A stretch of DNA of 64,000 bases from an uncultured delta proteobacterium (GTDB taxonomy: Bacteria; Desulfobacterota; Binatia; UBA9968). Location: positions 1-64,000 of the forward strand of contig CAWJBB010000034.1 in NCBI GenBank assembly GCA_963840855.1, given 5' to 3'. Numbering within the stretch: the first letter of the stretch is position 1; each line of letters opens with the position of its first letter. Below are positions 20,432 through 30,399 of this stretch, piece by piece. Made by a program: the position numbers and the translations under genes. Under the pieces are notes generated by a model, which had not been told where the DNA came from, made no database searches, and saw only the letters and a program-made list of their open reading frames with translations.

Positions 20432-20902
20432 TCAGTTTTTTGATGCGTTGCGAATCTGCGTACCCAGTTCTCTTTCGGCCGCGGAAATTTTGTCCACCCG
20501 CCGTTGATGGCGCCCGCCCGCGAAAGGCGTCTCGAGCCATGTTTCGAGTATCCGCTGCGCCAAGGTCTTTTCGGTCTTGGCGCCGCCTAAGACTAGGATA
20601 TTCGCATCATTGTGCTCCCGGCTGCTGCGCGCGCCATCGAGATCTTGCACCAGCGCCGCTCGAATGCCGGGATATTTGTTGGCGACGATGGACATGCCGA
20701 TGCCGCTCGTACAAACAAGCACGCCGCGCTCGGCGTCGCCCCGAGAGACACGGAGCGATACCTCGCGGCCGAAATCCGGATAATCCACCGGCTCTTCGCC
20801 CTGCGTGCCGCAGTCGCGGACATCGATACCCCTGGCGCGCAGAACTTCGACCAGGAAGTCTTTCAGCTTCGCGCCGCCATGGTCACTGCCAACGACGATC
20901 AT
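20432..20902 (-). CDS. rpiB: Ribose-5-phosphate isomerase B
   Basis: GSDHGG, DYPD, CTSGIG, EHNDAN, GGRHQRR. Confidence 0.95.
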   Translation of the reverse strand: MIVVGSDHGGAKLKDFLVEVLRARGIDVRDCGTQGEEPVDYPDFGREVSLRVSRGDAERGVLVCTSGIGMSIVANKYPGIRAALVQDLDGARSSREHNDANILVLGGAKTEKTLAQRILETWLETPFAGGRHQRRVDKISAAERELGTQIRNASKN

Positions 20903-20951
20903 CGTTCTTTTCCTTACAAAAACAGTTCAAAAATGAACGCAACTCCGGGCA

Positions 20952-21004
20952 ATAAACAAAATCGCAGCGCCGTGGCTGATTTCATTCCACGGTTGCTGCG
21001 ATTT
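20952..21004 (-). terminator. Putative intrinsic terminator after acpP
   Basis: Long imperfect stem (AAATCGCAGC..CCGTGG / CCACGG..GCTGCGATTT) followed by TTTTGTTTATT on the minus strand. Confidence 0.55.
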
Positions 21005-21070
21005 GCGCTTCAGACCACTCGAGCGTTACCGCAATCGCCCGGACCTTGTTTGCCCCGTGACGCCGGGAAT

Positions 21071-21307
21071 CTACCGGTGGCCCTCGATGTAGGTGATAAC
21101 ATCTTGGACGGTTTTGATTTTTTCCGCGTCCTCATCGGAGATTTCCATCTCATACTCTTCTTCCAGAGCCATCACCAGCTCGACGATGTCGAGAGAATCG
21201 GCTCCCAGGTCTTCGATAAAGGAGGCTTCCGGAGTTACTTCCTCATCACTCACCCCCAACTGTTCGCATACAATCTCCTTGACTCTTGCTTGAACCGACG
21301 CAGCCAT
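21071..21307 (-). CDS. acpP: Acyl carrier protein
   Basis: [14 protein letters not shown]. Confidence 0.97.
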   Translation of the reverse strand: MAASVQARVKEIVCEQLGVSDEEVTPEASFIEDLGADSLDIVELVMALEEEYEMEISDEDAEKIKTVQDVITYIEGHR

Positions 21308-21335
21308 ACAATCTCACCTCCTGTTTACGATTTCC

Positions 21336-22082
21336 TCACATATATACGCCGCCATTGACACTGATCACCTGCCCGGTGATATACCCCGCCGCCGGTCCAG
21401 CGAGGAAAGCGATGGATTCCGCCACATCTTCGCAGGTGCCAAACCGCCCGAGAGGAATAGAACGCAGAAATTCCTCCTGGAGTTTAGCGGGCAACTTTGA
21501 GGTCATTTCCGTCTCGATGAAACCCGGAGCCACCGCGTTCACCGTGATCCCGCGGGAGGCCACTTCCCGCGCCACCGCTTTGGTAAATCCGAGGATGCCC
21601 GCTTTGGTCGCGGCGTAGATCGACTGTCCCGCATTGCCCGTTTGGCCGACCACCGACGATAAGTGAATGATCCGGCCGTAGCGCTGCCGCAGCATAACCC
21701 GAGTCACTGCTTTAGTACAGAGAATTGTGCCCTTCAGATTGATTCCGACAACCTGATCCCAATCATCGGGCTTCATGCGAATTAGAAGGTTATCGGCGGT
21801 GACGCCCGCGTTGTTGACGAGAATATCAATTTTGTGATGCCGGTCAACGATTATTTTTATCGCCGCCTCGATTTGATTTTCGTCCGCGATATCGAACCGG
21901 CAAAGTTCGCCGCGCCCCTGGCCGTCCGCCGTCAACGCGGCTAACGTTTCCTCGGCGGCCGCCTGGTTGTTCCTATAGTTAATTACCACATGGGCGCCAA
22001 GCCGGCCCAGGGTCAAGACCGTGGCTCTGCCGATGCCGCGGCTGCCGCCGGTCACCAGAGCGATCTGCCCGGCGAGATTCAC
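21336..22082 (-). CDS. fabG: 3-oxoacyl-ACP reductase
   Basis: TGGSRGIG, NNAG, YAATK; fab operon context. Confidence 0.95.
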   Translation of the reverse strand: MNLAGQIALVTGGSRGIGRATVLTLGRLGAHVVINYRNNQAAAEETLAALTADGQGRGELCRFDIADENQIEAAIKIIVDRHHKIDILVNNAGVTADNLLIRMKPDDWDQVVGINLKGTILCTKAVTRVMLRQRYGRIIHLSSVVGQTGNAGQSIYAATKAGILGFTKAVAREVASRGITVNAVAPGFIETEMTSKLPAKLQEEFLRSIPLGRFGTCEDVAESIAFLAGPAAGYITGQVISVNGGVYM

Positions 22083-23023
22083 CCGGCCGTCTCCCGCTGC
22101 ACCCTGGCAAGATCTTGCGCGCTCTCAAGATTTTCGGTGTCGAGAGACGAACTGATCCGTTTGATGAGCCCACTTAACACCTTGCCGGGACCAACCTCCA
22201 ACACCCGCTGGCAACCGAGAGATTCCAACTTGCGCACGGACTCTTCCCAACGCACCGGTCGCACCGCTTGCTCCGTGAGTAGCGACTTGACCCGGCCCGG
22301 ATCCTGGTTCACCTCGGCTTCAACGTTCGTAACCACCCCCACTGACAAGGAATTAACGACGATAGAGGCCAGCGCCTGATTCAGCCTTTCCGCCGCCGGT
22401 CGCATAAGCTCGCAGTGAAACGGCGCGCTCACGGGCAAGTCCAAAACTCTTTTCGCGCCGCGCTCCTTCGCCAGCACCGTAGCGCGGGCTACCGCGCGCT
22501 TAGCGCCCGCGATGACGATCTGGCCGCCGCCGTTATAGTTGGCGGGCGCAACGACTTCACCCCGGCTCGCCTCGGCGCAGAGCGAACCTACCTTGTCCAT
22601 ATCCAAACCGAGAATCACCGCCATCCCGCCGTCACCCGTGGGGACCGCCTCTTGCATGAAACGGCCGCGTTGGCCGACGATTTTGACCGCATCGACGAAA
22701 CTAAAAGCGGCGGCGCAAACCAACGCGCTGTATTCGCCGAGACTGTGGCCGGCGACGAAATCAGCGCGCAGCGGAGTTTCCGACTCCAGTACCCGCAGAG
22801 CGGCGATGGACGCGGTCAAAATTGCCGGCTGGGTGTTTTCCGTCCGCTTGAGTTCCAGATCCGGACCATTGAAACAAAGCTTGCTCAATGAATAGCCGAG
22901 CGCGTCGTCGGCTTCGGCGAAAATCCTCTTTGCCGCCACGAACCGTTCACAAAGATCCTTTCCCATGCCAACATACTGGGAGCCCTGGCCGGGAAACACG
23001 AACGCAACTTTACCCGTCGCCAC
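22079..23023 (-). CDS. fabD: ACP S-malonyltransferase
   Basis: FPGQGSQ, GHSLGE, VSAPFH; GTG start at 23023. Confidence 0.95.
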   Translation of the reverse strand: MATGKVAFVFPGQGSQYVGMGKDLCERFVAAKRIFAEADDALGYSLSKLCFNGPDLELKRTENTQPAILTASIAALRVLESETPLRADFVAGHSLGEYSALVCAAAFSFVDAVKIVGQRGRFMQEAVPTGDGGMAVILGLDMDKVGSLCAEASRGEVVAPANYNGGGQIVIAGAKRAVARATVLAKERGAKRVLDLPVSAPFHCELMRPAAERLNQALASIVVNSLSVGVVTNVEAEVNQDPGRVKSLLTEQAVRPVRWEESVRKLESLGCQRVLEVGPGKVLSGLIKRISSSLDTENLESAQDLARVQRETAG

Positions 23024-24125
23024 TCTCTGATTTCTCCCTCGCCGCGGCTGCTTCCGGCTTCTCCGCCAGCGCATCGATTTTCGATTTGATACGGCGCCAG
23101 ATCTTTCCCGGCAGGCTGTGCTTTCCACCACTTTCCAACGCCGCCGCGTCGGCGAGATCTTCCATGATATGGCGGTTCATGTCGTGCTCCACCGCGTCTC
23201 TGGCGGCGCGTATGGCATTCTTGATAGCGAGCGGACTCGAGCCCCCATGGGCGACGATGGCCACGCCGTCAAGACCAATAAGCGGCGCGCCGCCATACTC
23301 GGCATAGTCGAGACGGCGGTAGGCTTCGCCCAGAGCTTTGCGTGTCATCAGATAGCCTAAACGGCTGGACAGATTTTTTTGAAAAGCGTCTTTTAAAACT
23401 TCGCCCGCGAAATTCGCGACGCCCTCCATCGTCTTCAGCGCGACGTTGCCGGTAAAGCCATCGCAGACAACCACGTCAACCGTCGCGTTAAAAATATCTC
23501 TTCCTTCAACGTAGCCGACATGATTCAGCGAGCTTGCCGCCAACAGCGCGCTCGCCGCGCGGGTGAGATCGGTGCCTTTGCCATCTTCCTCGCCATTGCT
23601 GAGAATGCCGACGCGAGGATTTGCAATCCCCAATATGCGCTCTGCGTAGATCGCCCCCATGATGCCGAACTGGGCTAGATGATGAGGCTTGCAATCGACA
23701 TTGGCTCCCGCGTCCACGACGATCGTTCCCTTGCCGGCGCTGGGAACGACCACGAGAATCGCCGGCCGCGCCACGTGGGGCAACCTGCCCATAACAAACA
23801 TACCCGTCGCCATCATCGCGCCGGAATTGCCTGCGCTGACCACCGCTTGGACCTGACCCGATTTCATCCGGTCGAAGGCGACCTTCATCGACGAGTCCTT
23901 TTTTTTGAGGGCGCTGCGCGTGGACTCATGCATTGCCACGCACTCAGAAGCCGGAACAATTTCCATCGGGCCGGCGTTGAGCCGGGACAGTTCCCGTTCC
24001 ACGGCATCCTTCTGGCCGACGAGGACTACTTCGACGCCGAGATCTTTGGCCGCGCGCCACGCTCCCTCAACGATAACTCCGGGAGCTCGGTCTCCACCCA
24101 TAGCGTCAACGGCGATTTTCGGCAT
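23010..24125 (-). CDS. plsX: Phosphate acyltransferase PlsX
   Basis: IAVDAMGGD, DAGAN, DGFTGNVALK. Confidence 0.95.
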   Translation of the reverse strand: MPKIAVDAMGGDRAPGVIVEGAWRAAKDLGVEVVLVGQKDAVERELSRLNAGPMEIVPASECVAMHESTRSALKKKDSSMKVAFDRMKSGQVQAVVSAGNSGAMMATGMFVMGRLPHVARPAILVVVPSAGKGTIVVDAGANVDCKPHHLAQFGIMGAIYAERILGIANPRVGILSNGEEDGKGTDLTRAASALLAASSLNHVGYVEGRDIFNATVDVVVCDGFTGNVALKTMEGVANFAGEVLKDAFQKNLSSRLGYLMTRKALGEAYRRLDYAEYGGAPLIGLDGVAIVAHGGSSPLAIKNAIRAARDAVEHDMNRHIMEDLADAAALESGGKHSLPGKIWRRIKSKIDALAEKPEAAAAREKSESGDG

Positions 24126-24134
24126 GGGGAGTGC

Positions 24135-24317
24135 TTAGCTCTGCTCGGTTGGCACGACGGCGCGCCCTCGGTAAAAACCACAGTGAGCGCACGCGCGGTG
24201 CGGTAACACGGTTTCGCCGCAATTGGCACAGGTGCTCCATTGCGGCTTGGCGATAGCGTCATGGGAACGGCGTTGATTTTTGACTCTTTTCGACGTTCTT
24301 CTCTTGGGAACCGGCAT
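24135..24317 (-). CDS. rpmF: 50S ribosomal protein L32 (Zn-ribbon form)
   Basis: MPVPKRRTSK, CxxC..H..CxxCG.Y. Confidence 0.96.
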   Translation of the reverse strand: MPVPKRRTSKRVKNQRRSHDAIAKPQWSTCANCGETVLPHRACAHCGFYRGRAVVPTEQS

Positions 24318-24377
24318 AGGCTTGATCCTGTCTTTCCCTGCTTTGAAACAGCAGCTGTAAACTTTTGAATGTCCGAT

Positions 24378-24914
24378 CTAGCGATCGATCCTGAGCGTGC
24401 GAAAAAACGCCATCCGCGGATCCTCCGCGGCGCGGGGACATCGGCAGTCCTCGTAATTGAGATCCACTCCACAACCGCCACACAGCCCCCGGCAATTTTC
24501 CCCGCAAAGCGGGCGTGTCGGCAACGCCAGCATGACTTGTTCACGAATCAGCGGCGCGAAGTCGATCTCGTCACCCGAATAGTAGCTCAAGCCCAACTCT
24601 TCCCGCCGCAATTCCTCCGTCGAGCCATTGGAGCCAAACTTATCCGGGCTCAACACGAAGTCAAACTCATGCTCCACGGGCATGGAAAAGTCTTTCAGGC
24701 AACGGCTGCAACTGCTCTCGATCCGCCCGTGAAACGAGCCGCGAAAAAAGAGTTGGCGACCTGAACGATAGCAAACGATATCAACGTCAACCAGCGGCGG
24801 AAACCGAAATTCGCGGGTCTTTCCCTTTCCATAGGTCTCATTCAGCTCCTCGATGCTCTCCGAGAACTCAATCGCCTTAGGCGACTCGGGAATATCGTCG
24901 ACGAGGACTTTCAT
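24378..24914 (-). CDS. yceD: DUF177/YceD family protein
   Basis: CSRCL, LALP..PLC...CRGLC..CG..LN; upstream of rpmF. Confidence 0.9.
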   Translation of the reverse strand: MKVLVDDIPESPKAIEFSESIEELNETYGKGKTREFRFPPLVDVDIVCYRSGRQLFFRGSFHGRIESSCSRCLKDFSMPVEHEFDFVLSPDKFGSNGSTEELRREELGLSYYSGDEIDFAPLIREQVMLALPTRPLCGENCRGLCGGCGVDLNYEDCRCPRAAEDPRMAFFRTLRIDR

Positions 24915-24947
24915 GAGCGGAAGGGATCGGAGCGCTAGATTCACTTG

Positions 24948-24975
24948 AATATAGATAAAACATCTCCGTTGTCAA
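24948..24975 (-). promoter_or_regulatory. Sigma70 promoter for the yceD-rpmF-plsX-fab operon
   Basis: TTGACA-16 bp-TATATT on the minus strand. Confidence 0.65.
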
Positions 24976-25201
24976 GGCGAAGCGCTTCAAGAGCAACTCA
25001 AAACATCGCGCAATATTCAGCACTTCCGAGCCCCGTTCGGTTGTAATTGACCGCTCTTTACGGAAACCCTCATGAAATCAACCAGCGCTGGGATCCCGCC
25101 AGGGCTCCGCGGTGCCTTGATGCTATTTGGCCGCGGCCGCGACGTTAGACCATTCGCTTGAGTATTCGCCGCCATTTTGTTAACGAGTTTTTATCCAAGC
25201 G

Positions 25202-26197
25202 ATGAATTTTCCCATTTCATTACAAAGAATCTGGGGCGGCAAACGATACAACGCCTTTAACCGCGTGCTGAAGGAAACATTCGGGACGCGAGTTTACAAG
25301 ATCGGCCTGCGCATGGATTTCACCTGTCCCAACCGCGACGGCGCGGTGGCCGTGGGGGGCTGCATCTACTGTAACAACGCAAGTCATACTCCGGTAGCCT
25401 ATCGTCCGCGCGCGTCCGTCATCGAGCAATTGCGCCAGGGCGCTGATGCCGTGCGCAAAAGACATCGGGCGGAAAAGTTCATCGCCTATTTTCAGAGTTA
25501 CACCAATACCTATGACTCGGTCTCGAAGCTGGAGAAACTCTACCGTGAGGCTCTCGATTTCCCCGGCGTCGTCGGCCTCTCCATCAGCACGCGCCCCGAC
25601 TGCGTTCCCGCGGATGTGCTTGATCTGTTGACCGACTTGTCGCGTGATACTTATTTGTGGTTGGAGCTAGGCTTGGAATCGATTCACGACCGGACGCTCA
25701 AGTGGGTTAATCGCGGCCATGGACTGCGCGAATACATGGACGCGGTGGAGCGGTCGAAAGCGCGCGGTCTTAGAATTTGCACTCACCTAATTTTTGGCTT
25801 TCCCGACGAAAACCGTGACGACATGCTCGCCGCCGCGCCCTTGCTCAACCGGCTCGGCATTGATGGTATCAAGCTCCACAATCTCCACGTGATCAAAAAC
25901 ACCGCGCTGGAAAACATCTATAACGCCCACCCGTTTGAAATTTTCAGCAAAGAAGAATATGCCGCCCTGGTGGCGGATTTTCTCGAGTTATTGAATCCGG
26001 AAATGATTATTCACCGTCTGACCGGAGAAACCTACCGCGCCCTCACCGTGGCGCCGGACTGGTCGGTGAACAAGATGGGCGTGCATAACGCCATCACCCA
26101 AACGCTCGCGGCACGAGACACCTGGCAAGGCAAGCGATACACCACCCAGATGCGCGGGCAGATTACCTCCTATGACTCCGAAGGAGCACAGCCGTGA
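25202..26197 (+). CDS. Radical SAM protein, TIGR01212 (YhcC/YtqA) family
   Basis: FTCPNRDG...GGCIYC, AYFQSYTNTY, TRPD, ELGLES, IKLHNL, HRLTG. Confidence 0.9.
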   Translation: MNFPISLQRIWGGKRYNAFNRVLKETFGTRVYKIGLRMDFTCPNRDGAVAVGGCIYCNNASHTPVAYRPRASVIEQLRQGADAVRKRHRAEKFIAYFQSYTNTYDSVSKLEKLYREALDFPGVVGLSISTRPDCVPADVLDLLTDLSRDTYLWLELGLESIHDRTLKWVNRGHGLREYMDAVERSKARGLRICTHLIFGFPDENRDDMLAAAPLLNRLGIDGIKLHNLHVIKNTALENIYNAHPFEIFSKEEYAALVADFLELLNPEMIIHRLTGETYRALTVAPDWSVNKMGVHNAITQTLAARDTWQGKRYTTQMRGQITSYDSEGAQP

Positions 26198-27096
26198 ACG
26201 GACATATCGGTTTGATACATTCCATCTTACCCGCGACGGTCGACCTGCACGTGACTATCCCGGAAACCCACGCTTCGGCACGCAATCTAGGTTCGGAGCG
26301 CGCCGGCTCTGGGGCAATTATCGCTCCAGACGGTTATATCCTGACCGTTCACTATGTTACGGTCGGCGCTTCGTCGATTACGGTAACGACCACAGACGGT
26401 GAGCAGTTTCCCGGTAAAATTGCCGCCCAGGACCAGGAAACCGGGCTCGCCCTCGTCAAAATTCCCGGCCACGATTTGCCGTTCCTGCGTCTAGCGCCGC
26501 CGAACTCCGCGAACCTCGGCGACCCGGTGGTCATGATCGCTAGTGCCGGCCAGACTGGGAGGCGCATCGCGGGCGGCTATATCAGTTCCACGGAGTCTTA
26601 CGACGGCCAGTGGGAGTATATGATCGATAAGACCATTCGCGTGACAGCATTCAATCCTGGCTTTGGCGGCGGCGCATTAGCGAATTTTCGCGGCGAACTG
26701 GTCGGTATCGTTTCGTTGAACTTGAACGAAGTGGGGAAATTTACCCTGGCGATACCGGTCGATTACTACCGAACCTACGAACAGGAATTGAAACAATACG
26801 GCCAAGTGCGCAGCCGCCCTAGCCGGCCGTGGCTCGGGCTATATTCCAATCCTTTGGCCGGACATGTTGTTATAAGCGGCGTCGTACCCGGTGGCCCCGC
26901 GGCAAAACACGGGCTTAGAGAGGGAGACATTATTTTAAGCGTGGAGCAAAAAGACATCCGCTCTCGTTCGGAACTTTACCACGAGATGTGGAAAAAACGC
27001 CCGGGGGAGCGGATCTTGTTTAAGGTTCTCAGAGAAGAACAGTCTTTTGAGTTGGAAGTCATCGGCGGCGACCGCGCCGACCGTTACCGTTCTTAG
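26194..27096 (+). CDS. HtrA-like trypsin + PDZ protein lacking the catalytic triad
   Basis: GSGAII..DGYILT, NPGFGGGAL, RPWLG PDZ; GTGA overlap with the radical SAM gene; no signal peptide. Confidence 0.85.
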   Translation: MNGHIGLIHSILPATVDLHVTIPETHASARNLGSERAGSGAIIAPDGYILTVHYVTVGASSITVTTTDGEQFPGKIAAQDQETGLALVKIPGHDLPFLRLAPPNSANLGDPVVMIASAGQTGRRIAGGYISSTESYDGQWEYMIDKTIRVTAFNPGFGGGALANFRGELVGIVSLNLNEVGKFTLAIPVDYYRTYEQELKQYGQVRSRPSRPWLGLYSNPLAGHVVISGVVPGGPAAKHGLREGDIILSVEQKDIRSRSELYHEMWKKRPGERILFKVLREEQSFELEVIGGDRADRYRS

Positions 27097-27098
27097 TG

Positions 27099-27190
27099 GT
27101 TCAAAGTTCAATGTTCAAAGTTAGGAACGTCGGCTCTGCAGCCCAACAAATGATCGAAATACGTTGAACCTTGAACATTGAACCTTGAAC
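27099..27190. repeat. Heptamer (GTTCAAN)n inverted-repeat element, copy 2
   Basis: GTTCAAAGTTCAATGTTCAA ... TTGAACCTTGAACATTGAACCTTGAAC between convergent genes. Confidence 0.85.
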
Positions 27191-27211
27191 ATCGAGCGAC
27201 GCGAGGTTGCG

Positions 27212-27646
27212 CTAGTCATCCCCACCGACTTTTTTTATCTCGCCCTTGCCCACGACTTTGATCGCCAGCGCCGGCGTATAAGCCTCAGGCTCGTAGTTAA
27301 TGAGAGCCTTATCGGTTTCCTGCAGATCTCTTAACTTGACCGAATTACCACTTTTTTCAATCTTGGTTTTCTCATCGACGCCGACAACTTCCTCACGAAC
27401 TTTTCCCTTGCGTTCCATCTGGAAGGTAATCGTCCGTTGGCCGACGCTGCTGATCACTCCCTCTACTTCGACGGCTTTAACCTTGGTGGTTTTTGTTTCT
27501 GTTTTGGCTTCCGCTTTGGCAGCCGGTTGTACTGCGGCCGGCGGAGCTGCTTTCGGTTGCTCCTCCACCGAGCTACAAGCAATCAAACCCACTGCCACCA
27601 AAATTGCCCCAGAGGACAAAGCCAAAAGCCCCGATAACCCATTCAT
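27212..27646 (-). CDS. Lipoprotein with a small OB-fold-like domain
   Basis: AGGAGG RBS, lipobox LIAC, VEGVISSV...VDEKTKI...L.DL..GD-like pattern. Confidence 0.7.
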   Translation of the reverse strand: MNGLSGLLALSSGAILVAVGLIACSSVEEQPKAAPPAAVQPAAKAEAKTETKTTKVKAVEVEGVISSVGQRTITFQMERKGKVREEVVGVDEKTKIEKSGNSVKLRDLQETDKALINYEPEAYTPALAIKVVGKGEIKKVGGDD

Positions 27647-27934
27647 AAGATGCCTCCTGATTTGCTGATTAGATTCAACTCCCGGTGGTAAGCCCAAAAT
27701 CGCCCGGATAATCGCCAGCATTTAAACCATATATCCGAACGCGCTGTCAAGCTACTTTGGCCGGAAAATCCACGGAGAGGATCGCCAGTTAAACCGAATC
27801 GCGCTGGCAGAATGGCTAGAATCTTCATTCAATGGCGCCAGACTAGGTGATTCTTAAGAATTTTTTGACACCGGCGATAAGACTTATAACTATATACTCA
27901 TACGGGACAATTGAAGGGTCCTGAATAATCCACC

Positions 27935-28489
27935 ATGCCATCTCAACGCCCCTATAGCGAACGCCATTGGTACGTCGTTTACAGTAAGCCTCACAAGGAG
28001 AATAGCGCGAAATTTCATATATCCGCAAAAGGACTTGAAGTTTTCTTCCCGCGCCTTTCTCTTCCGAGAAATACCAAGAGAGCGAACCCGGTCATTGCAC
28101 TGTTTCCAAGCTACTTATTTGTTCGTCTGAATATAGAATCCGAAGAGTACGGTTACGTATCGTGGTCACCAGGTGTCAATCGAATCGTGGGATTTAACGG
28201 CTACCCCACTCCCATTGATGACGAAGTATTAAGCTTTCTGCAGTCCCGATCGGATTCCGAGGGGATAATTCCAGCCGAATCGAACTTAAGACGTGGCCAA
28301 GAGGTCCGCATAACGGAAGGACCTTTGAGTGGCCTTTTGGGAATTATACGCGAGCCGCCTACCGCCAAAGGCCGTGTAAAGGTTCTGCTAACGCTGCTCA
28401 ACCGTGACGCCGCCGTCGATCTTCCCCTCGATTTCGTCGAAACAACATGGATCGCCGCAAATCCCGAGACGGGAACGCGGAAATTCTGA
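27935..28489 (+). CDS. NusG paralog (RfaH/UpxY-like antiterminator)
   Basis: WYVVYSKPHKE, LFPSYLFV, KOW motif GQEVRITEGPLSGLLG. Confidence 0.88.
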   Translation: MPSQRPYSERHWYVVYSKPHKENSAKFHISAKGLEVFFPRLSLPRNTKRANPVIALFPSYLFVRLNIESEEYGYVSWSPGVNRIVGFNGYPTPIDDEVLSFLQSRSDSEGIIPAESNLRRGQEVRITEGPLSGLLGIIREPPTAKGRVKVLLTLLNRDAAVDLPLDFVETTWIAANPETGTRKF

Positions 28490-28593
28490 CCCATTCCTCG
28501 GTTGTAATACCTAGCCAGAAAAAAACCTGCCGATCCGTCTGCGCAACAAAGCGTTATCCCGGATTACTCGTACATTAACGAGTCGTTAAAAAA

Positions 28594-28648
28594 GTTCCAA
28601 TTGTTCCAGCCGTTTTGAATGTTTTGAACGGCTTGAACGATTTGAACC
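28594..28648. repeat. Nonamer (TTGAACGNY)n repeat
   Basis: TTGAACGGCTTGAACGATTTGAAC; same family at 34666, 42088 and 50119. Confidence 0.7.
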
Positions 28649-28671
28649 CTGTTTGATGCCCGATCTCGGCT

Positions 28672-30354
28672 TCAGATCCGGCGCGATAACGCCTCGGGAT
28701 AATACCGACGGGCTTTTTCCTCGGAAACATAACCTAATTCCACATCTCGCAAGACCGCGACGGCATCCCTTTTTGCCGGTTGTCCATATCCCCCGCCACC
28801 AGCCGTCAAAAACGTCACGGTCTCACCAGGTTGCACCGGCATATGGCTGAACTTTCCGGGCAGAGTCTCTTTTTTGCCGTTGCGCTCGATAAATGTTTGG
28901 TTGGTCGCCCCTTCTTCTCCCCCGAGAAGTCCCCAGGGTGGGCATCGGAGACGATCGGTGTTGCGACTTACCAGCAGCTCGTGCAGCGGCGTCACTTTAA
29001 CTTCGACGCCGACGCCGCCGCGGTATTTTCCCGCGCCGCCGCTATCGGGGCGGAATCTGTGGCAATCATAGAGAAGCGGATAATATAGCTCTTGCAGTTC
29101 GATCGGAGTGTTCTTGACATCGCCTTGGCACATGGAAACCGACGCTGACGCGCCGTCTTCGAATGGCCGCCCGCCCCAACCGCCGCCGATGATGTTTTGG
29201 CAAACGTAGCGGCGGCCGGTTTTGGGATTGGCGCCGAATATCGCGTAGCCGCCCATGTCGCCCTTGTGCGCCGCCGGAATACGCTGCGGCAAAGCCGGCG
29301 CCAGCGCGCGCAAGATCGTGTCGAGCACCGTCGGCAGCGATAGGCTCCAGCCACCGATCGGCGCGGGTCGTCGCGCGCTGAGCAATTTTCCCGGCGGGAG
29401 AATCACTTTGAGCGCGCGGAACGAACCTTCGTTTACTTCGCGTTGCGGCGAAGTCAACGCTTTGAAGGCGACGCGCGCCGCCGCCATCCCTCCCGACGAT
29501 CCGCAATTAATGAAGCCCGGCACCTGATCGCTGACTTCGGAGTAATCGATGGTCAGTTCATCGCCGCGCACTTCTACCTTGATTTTAATCGGAATCGTTT
29601 TGTTCATCACTCTGCCGTCGTCGTCGAGAAACGACGAGGCTTCATAATCGCCGTCAGGGATTGCGCGCACGGCTTCGCGCACGAGTTTGTCGGTCTGGTC
29701 CCAGATCGTCTCCACCGCTTCCGAAAAACCGCGCCGCTGTACTTGCGGCAAATCTGCTCCAAGCGCTCTTCGCCGGTGCGGCAGCAGGCGATCTGCGCGC
29801 GCAGATCGCCGAGCGAGGATTCCGGAAATCGGATATTGTCTTCGATCAAACGCAGCACTTCGGTATTGGGCTGGCCTTGGTTGTAGATTTTTACCGAGCG
29901 AATCTGCAGCCCCTCTTCATAGACATCGCGAGTATTGCTCGATCCGAATCCGGTGCTGCCGCCGCCGACATCGATCCAGTGGGCCCGCACCGCCAGGAAG
30001 CCCAAGCAATTTTCCGTCCCAAAAAAACGGCGTGTAGACCGCCATGTTGTTCAAGTGCTGCCCGCAGATCTCCGGATGGTTGACCAAAAACACGTCGCCG
30101 GGATGAATGTTCTCCTTCCCGTAGACTTCGATGCCGTCCTGCACCGCCACGCCGAGATCGGCGAGAAAGATCGGCAGCGCGCCTTCGTTCTGCGACATCG
30201 TCCGCCCCTCGTCATCGAGCACCGCAACACAATAATCCTGCACTTCATAGATCATCATGTTGTAGGCGGTCTTCTTCAGCACCGCCGACATTTCATTGGC
30301 GGCGGCGCGCAGCGCGCAACGGATGATTTCCACGGTTATGGCATCGACGGTCAT
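28672..30354 (-). pseudogene. Hydantoinase B/5-oxoprolinase subunit, two frameshifts (about 30002 and 29722)
   Basis: NHP..CGQHLNN, AHWIDVGG, EEGL, SLGDLRAQ, GGGWGG, GAGKYRGG, GGGGYG spread over three ORFs; may be sequencing errors. Confidence 0.85.
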
Positions 30355-30399
30355 TTTAATTTTCGCTACAGGCCTTGCCAGTAATCTAACTTGCTTCGG

